From a virus (lineage: Duplodnaviria > Caudoviricetes): a stretch of DNA of 48,561 nt. Below, piece by piece: positions 1 to 8,116 of the stretch. Numbering within the stretch: position 1 is the first letter of the stretch; every line of letters starts with the position of its first letter. The position numbers and the translations under genes are program-made. The notes beneath the pieces were generated by a model that was not told the DNA's origin, ran no database searches, and was given only the letters and a program-made list of their open reading frames with translations. The DNA is taken from positions 1 through 48,561 of IMG/VR virus record IMGVR_UViG_3300044844_001069. One strand, written 5' to 3'.

Positions 1-127
1 ATCCAGCATCAACGCTTAAGGCTATCCAGCATCAACGCTTAAGGCTATCCAGCATCAACGCTTAAGGCTATCCAGCATCAACGCTTAAGGCTATCCAGCA
101 TCAACGCTTAAGGCTATCCAGCATCAA
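1..127. repeat. Tandem array of 23-bp unit ATCCAGCATCAACGCTTAAGGCT, about 5.5 perfect copies, running off the window edge
   Basis: Read directly; periodicity breaks after 127. Confidence 0.98.
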
Positions 128-157
128 AATGAATTTTAACGGTAAAATTATCAATAA

Positions 158-170
158 AATCAATAGGTTA
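158..170 (+). promoter_or_regulatory. IHF-consensus site
   Basis: AATCAA-TAGG-TTA matches WATCAANNNNTTR, with an AT-rich upstream tract. Confidence 0.5.
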
Positions 171-194
171 TAAAAGCTATGTTATAACATTGCA

Positions 195-241
195 GGGACT
201 CTGGGAAATCGTGAAGCAGCGCGGGGGGGAAGCACCCCGCG
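195..241 (+). other. Putative lambda-like cos site (cosQ-like GGGACTC plus cosN-like dyad)
   Basis: GC-rich island in AT-rich DNA; dyad CGCGGGG (220-226) / CCCCGCG (235-241); cosQ-like heptamer starts 30 nt before the centred 12-mer, as in lambda; genome encodes a gpA-type terminase. Confidence 0.6.
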
Positions 242-265
242 ATTTCAGTGGTTACGGAGTTTTTC

Positions 266-278
266 TAAGCCTTTGATA
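266..278 (-). promoter_or_regulatory. IHF-consensus site downstream of the cos candidate
   Basis: Minus strand reads TATCAA-AGGC-TTA. Confidence 0.5.
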
Positions 279-385
279 CACAATTACTTTTAGGATGACA
301 CAAGAAATGCTCCGTTGCCGTCACGCCTAATGGATAATTTCAGGTAAATCTATACTATATGCCAAGTGTCAATAAAATGGCAGAT

Positions 386-412
386 AAAAAAATAGGGCAA
401 TAAATGCCCTAT
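386..412 (-). terminator. Rho-independent terminator of the left-arm operon
   Basis: ATAGGGCA/TGCCCTAT stem with an adjacent A7 tract, just after the endolysin stop. Confidence 0.75.
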
Positions 413-440
413 CAAAATAAAGTTATTTTAAGTTCAGCAT

Positions 441-890
441 CTAAGCGTTTGCTGTTTCCATCACAGTTTTCAAATAAGCCGATCTGTTTCCAACTTGACT
501 ATACCATTTAGAATTCTTCATTTCAGCAGCCGCTTTATCATATTCACCTTTACCGACAGCAGTCAGCATATTTTTGAATTTATAAAGACCACCTGTGCCC
601 ATGTTATACGCCATATTAATCAATACCCATTGGCGGTCTTCATCGAGTGCTTCAAACCAAGAGAAATGTGTTTCCAATTCTGCTTTGATTTTTTCACAGA
701 GAAGCATTAATAAACGTTCTGCTGCTTCCTTAGTAATACCATTCTGCTTTAAGCGTTGAACGTTTACCTTTAGTGGATTTGCATCCATGTTGTAGCCATA
801 GCCAATCGTGTTTTTATCAGCAGTGCATTTATACGGCACAGCAGAAAAGCCTTCATGGATTTTAAGTGTATCAAGATGTTTTTGAGCCAT
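441..890 (-). CDS. Endolysin, T4-like/GH24 lysozyme
   Basis: HEG...PYKCT...TIGYG catalytic region; NMAYNMG; SKWYSQVGNR. Confidence 0.9.
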   Translation of the reverse strand: MAQKHLDTLKIHEGFSAVPYKCTADKNTIGYGYNMDANPLKVNVQRLKQNGITKEAAERLLMLLCEKIKAELETHFSWFEALDEDRQWVLINMAYNMGTGGLYKFKNMLTAVGKGEYDKAAAEMKNSKWYSQVGNRSAYLKTVMETANA

Positions 891-1074
891 AATTTATTTT
901 TCCTATTACGAATTCAATTGTTCCGCATTCAACACATTCAACGCAACCGATTACAGGATGTGGTACAAAAATCTTACATTCATGTTTGGTAAAAAATCGA
1001 TTGAAAATTTTTGCAAAAAATCTCATGGCAGTTGATACATTAATTCTTGGAACGCGATTTATAAAATTTACCAA
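871..1074 (-). CDS. Hypothetical protein (small, Cys-containing; start uncertain)
   Basis: ORF packed in the minus-strand operon; CxxCxxC motif. Confidence 0.45.
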   Translation of the reverse strand: MVNFINRVPRINVSTAMRFFAKIFNRFFTKHECKIFVPHPVIGCVECVECGTIEFVIGKINYGSKTS

Positions 1075-1249
1075 TATTGCTTAAAGCGATTTGGCGTTTA
1101 GTTTTTGACGAAATACAATTTACTGCACGTTGCGCATTTCTGCGAATAAATTCTTCTTGAATTGGAAAACTATAAAGATTGATTGGTGGAAATTTAATAT
1201 CTGACCAAAGCATTTTCAACCCTATCGTAAATTCAAACGTAGCTATCAT
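1040..1249 (-). CDS. Hypothetical protein
   Basis: ATGA overlap with the upstream gene. Confidence 0.55.
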   Translation of the reverse strand: MIATFEFTIGLKMLWSDIKFPPINLYSFPIQEEFIRRNAQRAVNCISSKTKRQIALSNIGKFYKSRSKN

Positions 1250-1824
1250 TGTAGCAAATCCTCAAGTAATTCAGGATGTTCAATCTGTTGCATAATTTGA
1301 GAAATCATATCTCGCCAGTATAAATACCGATGGTCTTTACGCTGTGAAATAATATTACGGAGCGTAGCGTAATTAATGGAAACATCGCGCGTTTGCAGAT
1401 AGCCTTCGGGCAGAGAATCTTTTAATTCCATGAAGGACATATCGCCATTTTTGTATTTAAGCCAAATCACTTTAAAAATATCAACAACAATCTTTGGTGT
1501 AGTTATTGAGAAATCATTGTAAGTAGGCTCACGCTTATCAAGCTTGTGCATAGTGCTTGCAGAAAGTTCTGTGCTTCCAATTTTGTAAGTAGCGTATTCC
1601 TGCCAAAATGCCCGTGTTGCTCTGATGGTCAACTTGATATCAATGACACGCAAAAACTTGGAATGCTCAGGCGTTTTTACGCACAATAGCTTTGCTCGTT
1701 TTTCTGCTTTAGCTTGCTGTGTTTCCCACCAGAGTTGTTCATCATCTGCTTCATCATAATAACTGCGTGACATTCCTAATAGCGCAAAGTCATAACCGAA
1801 TTCATGTCGAATATCTACTTGCAT
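1246..1824 (-). CDS. Divergent ThyX-like (flavin-dependent thymidylate synthase fold) protein
   Basis: HSKFLR, RAFWQE, SASTMH, LPEG and NYATLRNII..R..H motifs; nucleotide-metabolism context. Confidence 0.65.
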   Translation of the reverse strand: MQVDIRHEFGYDFALLGMSRSYYDEADDEQLWWETQQAKAEKRAKLLCVKTPEHSKFLRVIDIKLTIRATRAFWQEYATYKIGSTELSASTMHKLDKREPTYNDFSITTPKIVVDIFKVIWLKYKNGDMSFMELKDSLPEGYLQTRDVSINYATLRNIISQRKDHRYLYWRDMISQIMQQIEHPELLEDLLQ

Positions 1825-2177
1825 TTTGGGTCACGCAAAGCTTCAGCTAAAATTTCAATAATGTCGTGAATGCTTTTATCTGAAACAATTGAAACATCAA
1901 CTTGATTGTCATCCTCATCATCGTAATCAATGCTAAAATCAAAATCGTAATCATCAGTTTCAGTTTCAACAAGATATTCAATTTGTTTTTCAATATGCCA
2001 AATGGCTTTTTCAAGTGATTCAACACCACCTTTTTGTTTATGTCGCCATAAATATTTAATTGCATTTCCAATCAAATAGCCTTCATAGCCTGATAGGTTT
2101 TGAACAGCAGATTCAATTACATCAATACATTCAATTCCGCCTTGGTTGTAATGGTCTGGATGATTTACGTTGCTCAT
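1815..2177 (-). CDS. DUF3310 / T7 gp1.7-like nucleotide kinase domain protein with acidic tail
   Basis: VNHPDHY..GGIECID, GNAIKYLWR...K.G.E.LEKA.W signature. Confidence 0.88.
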   Translation of the reverse strand: MSNVNHPDHYNQGGIECIDVIESAVQNLSGYEGYLIGNAIKYLWRHKQKGGVESLEKAIWHIEKQIEYLVETETDDYDFDFSIDYDDEDDNQVDVSIVSDKSIHDIIEILAEALRDPKCK

Positions 2178-2193
2178 TATTTTTGCCCTATAG

Positions 2194-2916
2194 TTAATTA
2201 CGATATGCCAATAAAATTTCTTTACAAATGCCCGATCTCACAACATCATCAACTGTAAATTCAACAATTCCAATGTTATCAATATTGCGTAATCGGTTAA
2301 CAGCATCTTCTAAACCGCAAATACCGTTAATGTCTTTTTGCTCAATGTCACCGTCAATTATGACTTTCGTATCTTCACCTACACGCGAAAGGAAAAGTTT
2401 CATTTGCGATGGAGTCGTGTTTTGAGCTTCATCCAAAATGTAAAGACAATTTGAAAAAGTCTTACCGCGTAAAAATTCTAACGGCTTAAACTGGATTGCA
2501 CCGCGTTTGACCAAATATTCAGTATGTGATTTTCCCAATCTTTCGTTAAGCACATCGAGTAATGGTTCAATGTATGGTGCAAACTTTTCTTGAAGGTCAC
2601 CTTTTAAAAAACCAAAACCCCGACCTGCTTCAACATTTGGTCGAGTCATGACAATGGTGTCAATGTGACCTTCTTCTAGCATTTGGGCAGCATACGATGC
2701 GGCAATATATGTTTTTCCAGACCCAGAAATTCCAACAGCAAACGTAATAACGTTTGCGCGAATGGTGTTTAAATACTGCTGCTGGATTTTATTTAAAGCA
2801 ACGATTTGTTTTGCTTTTCTTGCACCAAAATTTTGTGGCTCTTGCTGTTGAAACTTTGACGCTCTTTTCTCTTTACGAGAAATCTTTTTATTAAAATCCA
2901 TTACTGCTCCATGCAA
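2194..2916 (-). CDS. phoH: PhoH-family ATPase
   Basis: GISGSGKT Walker A, LRGKTF, ILDEAQN, GD..Q.D, DVVRS. Confidence 0.95.
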   Translation of the reverse strand: MHGAVMDFNKKISRKEKRASKFQQQEPQNFGARKAKQIVALNKIQQQYLNTIRANVITFAVGISGSGKTYIAASYAAQMLEEGHIDTIVMTRPNVEAGRGFGFLKGDLQEKFAPYIEPLLDVLNERLGKSHTEYLVKRGAIQFKPLEFLRGKTFSNCLYILDEAQNTTPSQMKLFLSRVGEDTKVIIDGDIEQKDINGICGLEDAVNRLRNIDNIGIVEFTVDDVVRSGICKEILLAYRN

Positions 2917-2928
2917 TTGAAAATAATA

Positions 2929-3375
2929 TTATTTGGTCGTACTTCCGAATCCACCCGTTCTTTGCGTTGGTAAATCAAATTCTTCAACTTGGATAAACTC
3001 AGGATGTTCAACAGGTATGAAAATCATTTGAGCAATAACAGCATACGGATTTATTGTGAAAGGCTCATTACCACTGTTCCAAAGCGATACCATAATTTCG
3101 TTAGAAAAATCACTGTCAATTAAGCCGACTAGATTACCAAGGACAATGCCATTTTTATGACCTAAGCCTGACCTTGGAAGCAATTTGATTGCGTAATTAA
3201 TACTTGGGATTCTAATCGCAAAGCCTGTTGGGATTAGCTTACGTTCACCGCAAAGCAGGGTAATAGGCTTGTCAATCTCTGCTTCAATGTCATAGCCAGC
3301 ACTACCGTCAGTAGCGCGTTGAGGAATGCTTACGCCATCGCGTAATATTTTTATGTAAACAGATTCTAAACTCAT
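2929..3375 (-). CDS. dut: Trimeric dUTPase
   Basis: GSAGYD, PRSGL, GLIDSDF, AQ, RTGGFGST motifs. Confidence 0.95.
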   Translation of the reverse strand: MSLESVYIKILRDGVSIPQRATDGSAGYDIEAEIDKPITLLCGERKLIPTGFAIRIPSINYAIKLLPRSGLGHKNGIVLGNLVGLIDSDFSNEIMVSLWNSGNEPFTINPYAVIAQMIFIPVEHPEFIQVEEFDLPTQRTGGFGSTTK

Positions 3376-3617
3376 AATTTGCCCTTATTTTTTACGGATT
3401 TTTTAGAAATAGTTTTTTTAACAACAGGTTTTTTAATATCTTTGCAAATTGTAAATTTTTTCAAACTTGGCAATCGTTGCAAAAGATTGACAACAGGGTA
3501 TGACTCAATTGCTTTTTTGTAAGCAACCATGTCAGTTTTACAAATTTTAGTTTGCGTTATTGAACCATGGGCATCAAGACAAAATGGCAAAATGAATAAT
3601 ATCAATAATTTTTTCAT
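3372..3617 (-). CDS. Hypothetical exported Lys-rich protein
   Basis: Signal-peptide-like N-terminus; overlaps both neighbours. Confidence 0.65.
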   Translation of the reverse strand: MKKLLILFILPFCLDAHGSITQTKICKTDMVAYKKAIESYPVVNLLQRLPSLKKFTICKDIKKPVVKKTISKKSVKNKGKL

Positions 3618-4054
3618 TAGTAAAACTCCAAACGTCCAATGATTATTGGCTTTGTGGGTGTTGGGTAGCGTTTACCGTAGCTGACGTGATTAAAATATAT
3701 TGCGTGTTTGGTGACGGGATTTGTAAATCCTCGGTAGACTTCGATTGCTGCAATTCTGGCTAAACGCCATGCGCGTTTGTCGTTCACTGGATGTTTTTTC
3801 TTTACCCAAGAAAATTGCTTGTATTGGCTCACCACGCCACAAACGTCTTTAGGGTAGCCTTTGGTATTACTTCTTCGTAAAGTGACCTCTGCAACCGCTT
3901 TACGCGCAGATAATGGCTCTCCTCGACTTTCGTGGTAGATGTTTTCTTGAAGACAGCGAATTTGTTTGTTGTGACGTAAATCGAAATCTGCCATTGCGTT
4001 TGTAGAACTCAAAAGCAGTAATGCGGAAATGCAAACTGGGTATTTTTGAATCAT
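3617..4054 (-). CDS. SleB-like cell wall hydrolase (Hydrolase_2) with signal peptide
   Basis: CL..NIYHESRGE, AVAEV...R, P..VCGVV.Q..QFSW. Confidence 0.92.
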   Translation of the reverse strand: MIQKYPVCISALLLLSSTNAMADFDLRHNKQIRCLQENIYHESRGEPLSARKAVAEVTLRRSNTKGYPKDVCGVVSQYKQFSWVKKKHPVNDKRAWRLARIAAIEVYRGFTNPVTKHAIYFNHVSYGKRYPTPTKPIIIGRLEFY

Positions 4055-4169
4055 GGTTTTTACTCGTCAGGTTAAAAAAATAAAATGCCGCCAGATTGAT
4101 AAATCGCCAAAAAGTGATTATGACGGCAAATGAATTTTACCAAAAATACACAAAAAAGCCAATATTCAT

Positions 4170-4543
4170 GTGTGTCATAGCTAAAAACGACCTATGACAC
4201 CCCTCTAGCCCAATGCTGGTGCGGCTTTCAGTAAATTTTGTCACGCGTCACACAGCAAATGAGAAAAACCTTTTATATGTGATGTGATGTGATGTGTATT
4301 TTTATATGTTTTTATATATTTCTATTTCTTCTTTTTTTTCTATTTATACTACTTTTTCTTATTTATCTATGACAGTGTGACAAAGGTAGAAAGAAAGGTA
4401 AATAGATAAAGGGATAGAGGGGTGTCACAGATAAAGTTTATCTGTGACAAAAAAGCGTCACAGATAGACCAAAACGTGGTGTTTTCTAGGTAAAATTAGA
4501 AAAGTGTCACACGTCACACTAGTGTGACACTATCTGTGACACT
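4170..4543. other. Putative replication origin: TGTCAC/GTGACA iterons, palindromes and an AT-rich tract
   Basis: About a dozen GTCAC/GTGAC-like motifs; perfect inverted repeats at 4423-4449 and 4513-4528; directly downstream of the primase-helicase gene. Confidence 0.7.
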
Positions 4544-4575
4544 TTTTTTAGAGGTGAAAATTTATTGGAGTTTTT

Positions 4576-7014
4576 CTAAAAATCGTCTACGTTTTCATTT
4601 TTTGATGTTGCATCAAGTAAATCTTTTACTGCTTCAATTGAAATATTTGAGTTCTTTTTTACCCAAACATGATGACGATTGTTCTGCCAACGAACCATTT
4701 TTGTAAATTTACTGTAACCCATTGCCATCAAAATTGAGGTAATTTGTTTGTCACCATACTCAAAATTTTCATCAAATGAGTTAGCCGAAATGGCATTTTT
4801 TAGCATCCTTGTTGATACCACTTTTTTATCAAAACCGATACCTCCTTGTAAGATTAAATCGTTCACAAATTCAGAAAATTCTGAACGTGACATTTTAGCC
4901 ATGACTTCTTTTTCATGAGTCATTGGTGCTGGTGCTTTAGGGTTAAAATCTTCAGATATTGGGTATTCTCTAAAAAACTTATTAATTTGTGGTGCGTGGA
5001 TTTCTATTCTTTTATGGATTTCGTAAAAATATTTAGCAAGGTCATCAACGCCAATTATTTCTTTCATATCCTGTGCATTTGCCCACTCGGTAAAAATAAT
5101 AAGCCAACGTCTATCGGTATCGCTTAACGGTAAAGCATCCTTATAATTGGTAAACGCAATATAATTAGTGACGTTTGGAATCATATAATGCCCTTTATAA
5201 GGCTTTCTAATACTGATGTTATCATTGGTGATAAGCGGCTTAACTCGGTCAAGCACGTCATAGCGGTTATGCCCAACCATGCGTAGTTCTTCAATAGCAA
5301 CCAAACACGAACCCTCAGCAAAGCCATTAAAGTTATCGTGGAAGATGGTAGGTTGCGCTGAGAAAATGTTTTCATGCCCAAGTGAACACGCCATAATTGT
5401 CGTCAGCATGGACTTCCCATCACCTTCAATTCCTTGGATTAGTGGTGCAAAGTTAATCTTTTTGCCCATATTCTGTATGGTGTACGCCATCCAATCCATT
5501 AAAGCCTTGATGACTTCTTCACGCTGAGAGCATAAATGCCTGATGTGGTCTTCTACCATCTTAATAGTAATCAAACCATCCTCAGTATAATTCTCGGCAA
5601 CAGGTGGAAGTGACTTCTTAGAAAACGAATTTACGCATTCTTCGCTACCAATTTGGAACTCACGACCAAGCTGCGGCATATACATTATTCGGTCTTTAAT
5701 TGTCAGGTTTCCGAATTTTGAAAGAAAAGCTGTCGGTTGCATTTTATGCCCACTATCGTCTTCTTCGATGTAATGCCAGAAATTCAGGTCAAAGTTTTGG
5801 AGTGTTAATGTCTTTGATGAAGCTAAATTAAAATGAACAGAATCTTCATTTACCCATACCCATCCTTTTGCCCAATTTGGTTTGGTTACTTCCGATACAT
5901 TCTCAAATGGCTTAAGCATATCGCGCACAATGTTTATGGCAATAGCACGACCTGTCAATTTGGTGTAACGCTTTTTCCACTCCACACAAACTTCTTCAAA
6001 AGCAAATTCAGACAAATCAGACGTTTTCTTAATTTCATCCGCCAAGCCTTCCTTTAAATATTGCACATCCGCATCATCGATTTTTTCAAGAAGTGTTTTT
6101 TCAATCTTACCGCTTCTTATTTTCTTGGAAGCAAACTCTAAACTGGCAATGGTGACTGCATTTCCATTTCCTTTACTGCTGAATGTTTTCCAGTGCTTTT
6201 TGCAAACACCTTTTTCATATTTTGAACCTTTCTGCGACCATTCTTCCCAAACGAAGAAAAGTTTGTCACAGTTAAGACTGTGTAATGCCATGCCATGTTT
6301 AATCCACTCGTCATACTCGCAGTCAGGGTCAATCTCATTTAATTTCTGACGGTATTCTTCAATTTCTTCATCAGATAGTTCTGCAACAATGTCGTCAAAC
6401 ATATCCTCGTCTTCGGAAAAGAATCCTTCATCCTTTTTATCTTCTCGGAAGTTTGATTTGAAGTTTGTTGCGCCTAATTCCTCTAAGTTTTTTTGAACAA
6501 CTTTCAAAAAAGAAACTAAAGTCGATTTTGATATGACCGTCAAATCATTGACGCTTGTTGTTAAAGGTGAAACATCGTTTAACCACTCATAGGGTAATTT
6601 GGTATCGGGGTGAATTCCAAACCCGATGAACTGCTGACCGTCACCTAGGATTTCAATCTTTTGTTTTGTGCCTTCGTAGTCAAACTGCAAAAACATTTTT
6701 AAAATTGCTGCATCCACCTTATATAGGAAAAGGCATTTAGGCTTATTGCCAAAACGCAGTGGTGCTTCACCAAGAAAACCTGAAGCCATGCCGACAATTA
6801 GGTCATTGACTAACTGGTCAGACACATCGATGTCAACAGCCGCTAAATTGCTACCAAGCAGAATACCTACATTATTATCTGCATATCTTGTTTTCCAACT
6901 TTCCCCATTTTCGGTTTTAGACTGCCAAGCCTTAAGTATTGGAGCTTTCCCGTCACATGGTGTAATCAAATAGCCGTTATTTGATAAGCCATCAAAGCAT
7001 TTACTTATTGTCAT
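4576..7014 (-). CDS. Primase-helicase: bifunctional PrimPol + PriCT-2 + SF3-like (DUF5906) NTPase
   Basis: NVGILLG..LAAVDID, GIHPDT..PY.W, YDEWI..GMALH...W.EWS..G.KY, GIEGDGKS, AFTN, DRRW. Confidence 0.92.
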   Translation of the reverse strand: MTISKCFDGLSNNGYLITPCDGKAPILKAWQSKTENGESWKTRYADNNVGILLGSNLAAVDIDVSDQLVNDLIVGMASGFLGEAPLRFGNKPKCLFLYKVDAAILKMFLQFDYEGTKQKIEILGDGQQFIGFGIHPDTKLPYEWLNDVSPLTTSVNDLTVISKSTLVSFLKVVQKNLEELGATNFKSNFREDKKDEGFFSEDEDMFDDIVAELSDEEIEEYRQKLNEIDPDCEYDEWIKHGMALHSLNCDKLFFVWEEWSQKGSKYEKGVCKKHWKTFSSKGNGNAVTIASLEFASKKIRSGKIEKTLLEKIDDADVQYLKEGLADEIKKTSDLSEFAFEEVCVEWKKRYTKLTGRAIAINIVRDMLKPFENVSEVTKPNWAKGWVWVNEDSVHFNLASSKTLTLQNFDLNFWHYIEEDDSGHKMQPTAFLSKFGNLTIKDRIMYMPQLGREFQIGSEECVNSFSKKSLPPVAENYTEDGLITIKMVEDHIRHLCSQREEVIKALMDWMAYTIQNMGKKINFAPLIQGIEGDGKSMLTTIMACSLGHENIFSAQPTIFHDNFNGFAEGSCLVAIEELRMVGHNRYDVLDRVKPLITNDNISIRKPYKGHYMIPNVTNYIAFTNYKDALPLSDTDRRWLIIFTEWANAQDMKEIIGVDDLAKYFYEIHKRIEIHAPQINKFFREYPISEDFNPKAPAPMTHEKEVMAKMSRSEFSEFVNDLILQGGIGFDKKVVSTRMLKNAISANSFDENFEYGDKQITSILMAMGYSKFTKMVRWQNNRHHVWVKKNSNISIEAVKDLLDATSKNENVDDF

Positions 7015-7189
7015 TTTCCAAACCTTTTGTTATTTTCTGATATGTCACAAGAGTGATATTGTTCTTATGACCGCCCTTTATCATGTACAACGTTTTATAG
7101 CTAACGTTGCATTTCTTTGCTAATTTCCTGACATCTATGCCGCTATACGGTTGAAGTTTGTTTTTTAAATCGTTTAATAGTTCATTCAT
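7001..7189 (-). CDS. Cro/XRE-like HTH regulator
   Basis: VRKLAKKCNVSYKTLYMI helix-turn-helix; AAGGA RBS; head of the leftward operon. Confidence 0.8.
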   Translation of the reverse strand: MNELLNDLKNKLQPYSGIDVRKLAKKCNVSYKTLYMIKGGHKNNITLVTYQKITKGLENDNK

Positions 7190-7220
7190 TTGTTATTATT
7201 CCTTTGCGGTTATGTAATTC

Positions 7221-7238
7221 TGTGTATTATAATACACA
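7221..7238. promoter_or_regulatory. Palindromic operator overlapping divergent -10 boxes
   Basis: Perfect palindrome TGTGTATTATAATACACA with TATAAT on both strands, between divergent operons. Confidence 0.75.
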
Positions 7239-7266
7239 ACACAAACTAAAACATAAAGGAGTATTT

Positions 7267-7920
7267 ATGAGTATCAATGATTTGAAACTTAAAATGACGC
7301 TTGTTCAAATTGAATTGGCTGAACTTCGTCAGATAATTCAAGCAAAAGAAGACACATTTAAAGCATTGGAATGGCAATGTCATGAGCTTACCAAAGACGG
7401 TACACATGAAAATGCCATAAAAATAATTGATGAAAAAAGAACGTGGGTATTTAATCCTCATACAGGCATAGAAGAATTTATGACTGATGCAGACCTTGCC
7501 ATTGAAGAAAAAATTTATGATGAATTTCTTAAAGACCAAGCAAAAGAAGACATTGCTTCTGATGAAACAACGCATGAGCAGTGCATCGCTCAAGTTGAAA
7601 AAGAAGAAGCGTTAGAAATTGCTGCGGCTGCTGATCAAGAATGTTTGCTTGACCCAATCGTTGACATTGAATCAGAAGAAAATGAGGTAGAAAACATTAA
7701 ATCAGAAGAAAGTGTTGATATTAAAATTCAAAATTTTAATATTGAACCGTTAAGCGTTGATGCCTTATCGATTATGGCAATCAAGTATTATAAGAAAACA
7801 GGTGAAGCTGTTACGGATATAATCGAAGAACGCTTTAATGTTAAGTCGCTTCATAAACTTAACGATTTTCAAAACTGCACATTGCAACTTATCTTAATGG
7901 GTGAAACATGGAATCAATAA
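7267..7920 (+). CDS. Hypothetical acidic protein
   Basis: Start moved to the ATG after AAGGAG; N-terminal coiled coil; first gene of the replication operon. Confidence 0.75.
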   Translation: MSINDLKLKMTLVQIELAELRQIIQAKEDTFKALEWQCHELTKDGTHENAIKIIDEKRTWVFNPHTGIEEFMTDADLAIEEKIYDEFLKDQAKEDIASDETTHEQCIAQVEKEEALEIAAAADQECLLDPIVDIESEENEVENIKSEESVDIKIQNFNIEPLSVDALSIMAIKYYKKTGEAVTDIIEERFNVKSLHKLNDFQNCTLQLILMGETWNQ

Positions 7921-8033
7921 TTGCTTTTATTAAATATCTTGACGAAACCAATCTTGGCTATTTGTTAATGATACTGTTGTTCTTACTTCAGAACTATCTT
8001 TTAACAAATAATGGTAAACGATGGGAACGTTAA
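7908..8033 (+). CDS. Small hydrophobic peptide, 41 aa (not in ORF track)
   Basis: MESIIAFIKY...LLMILLFLL; overlaps the previous stop. Confidence 0.45.
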   Translation: MESIIAFIKYLDETNLGYLLMILLFLLQNYLLTNNGKRWER

Positions 8034-8116
8034 TTGAAATTGTACTTTATATGTCGTTTATCAATACCGTAGCGATGTTTATTTTTGCTTATATAATTTG
8101 GGATAACGAAGAATGA
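8021..8116 (+). CDS. Small membrane peptide, 31 aa (not in ORF track)
   Basis: MGTLIEIVLYMSFINTVAMFIFAYIIWDNEE; ATGA overlap with the next gene. Confidence 0.5.
   Translation: MGTLIEIVLYMSFINTVAMFIFAYIIWDNEE

Noticed and set aside
1-127. CRISPR array
   Set aside because: Units are directly tandem with no spacers; the same holds for the right-end array.
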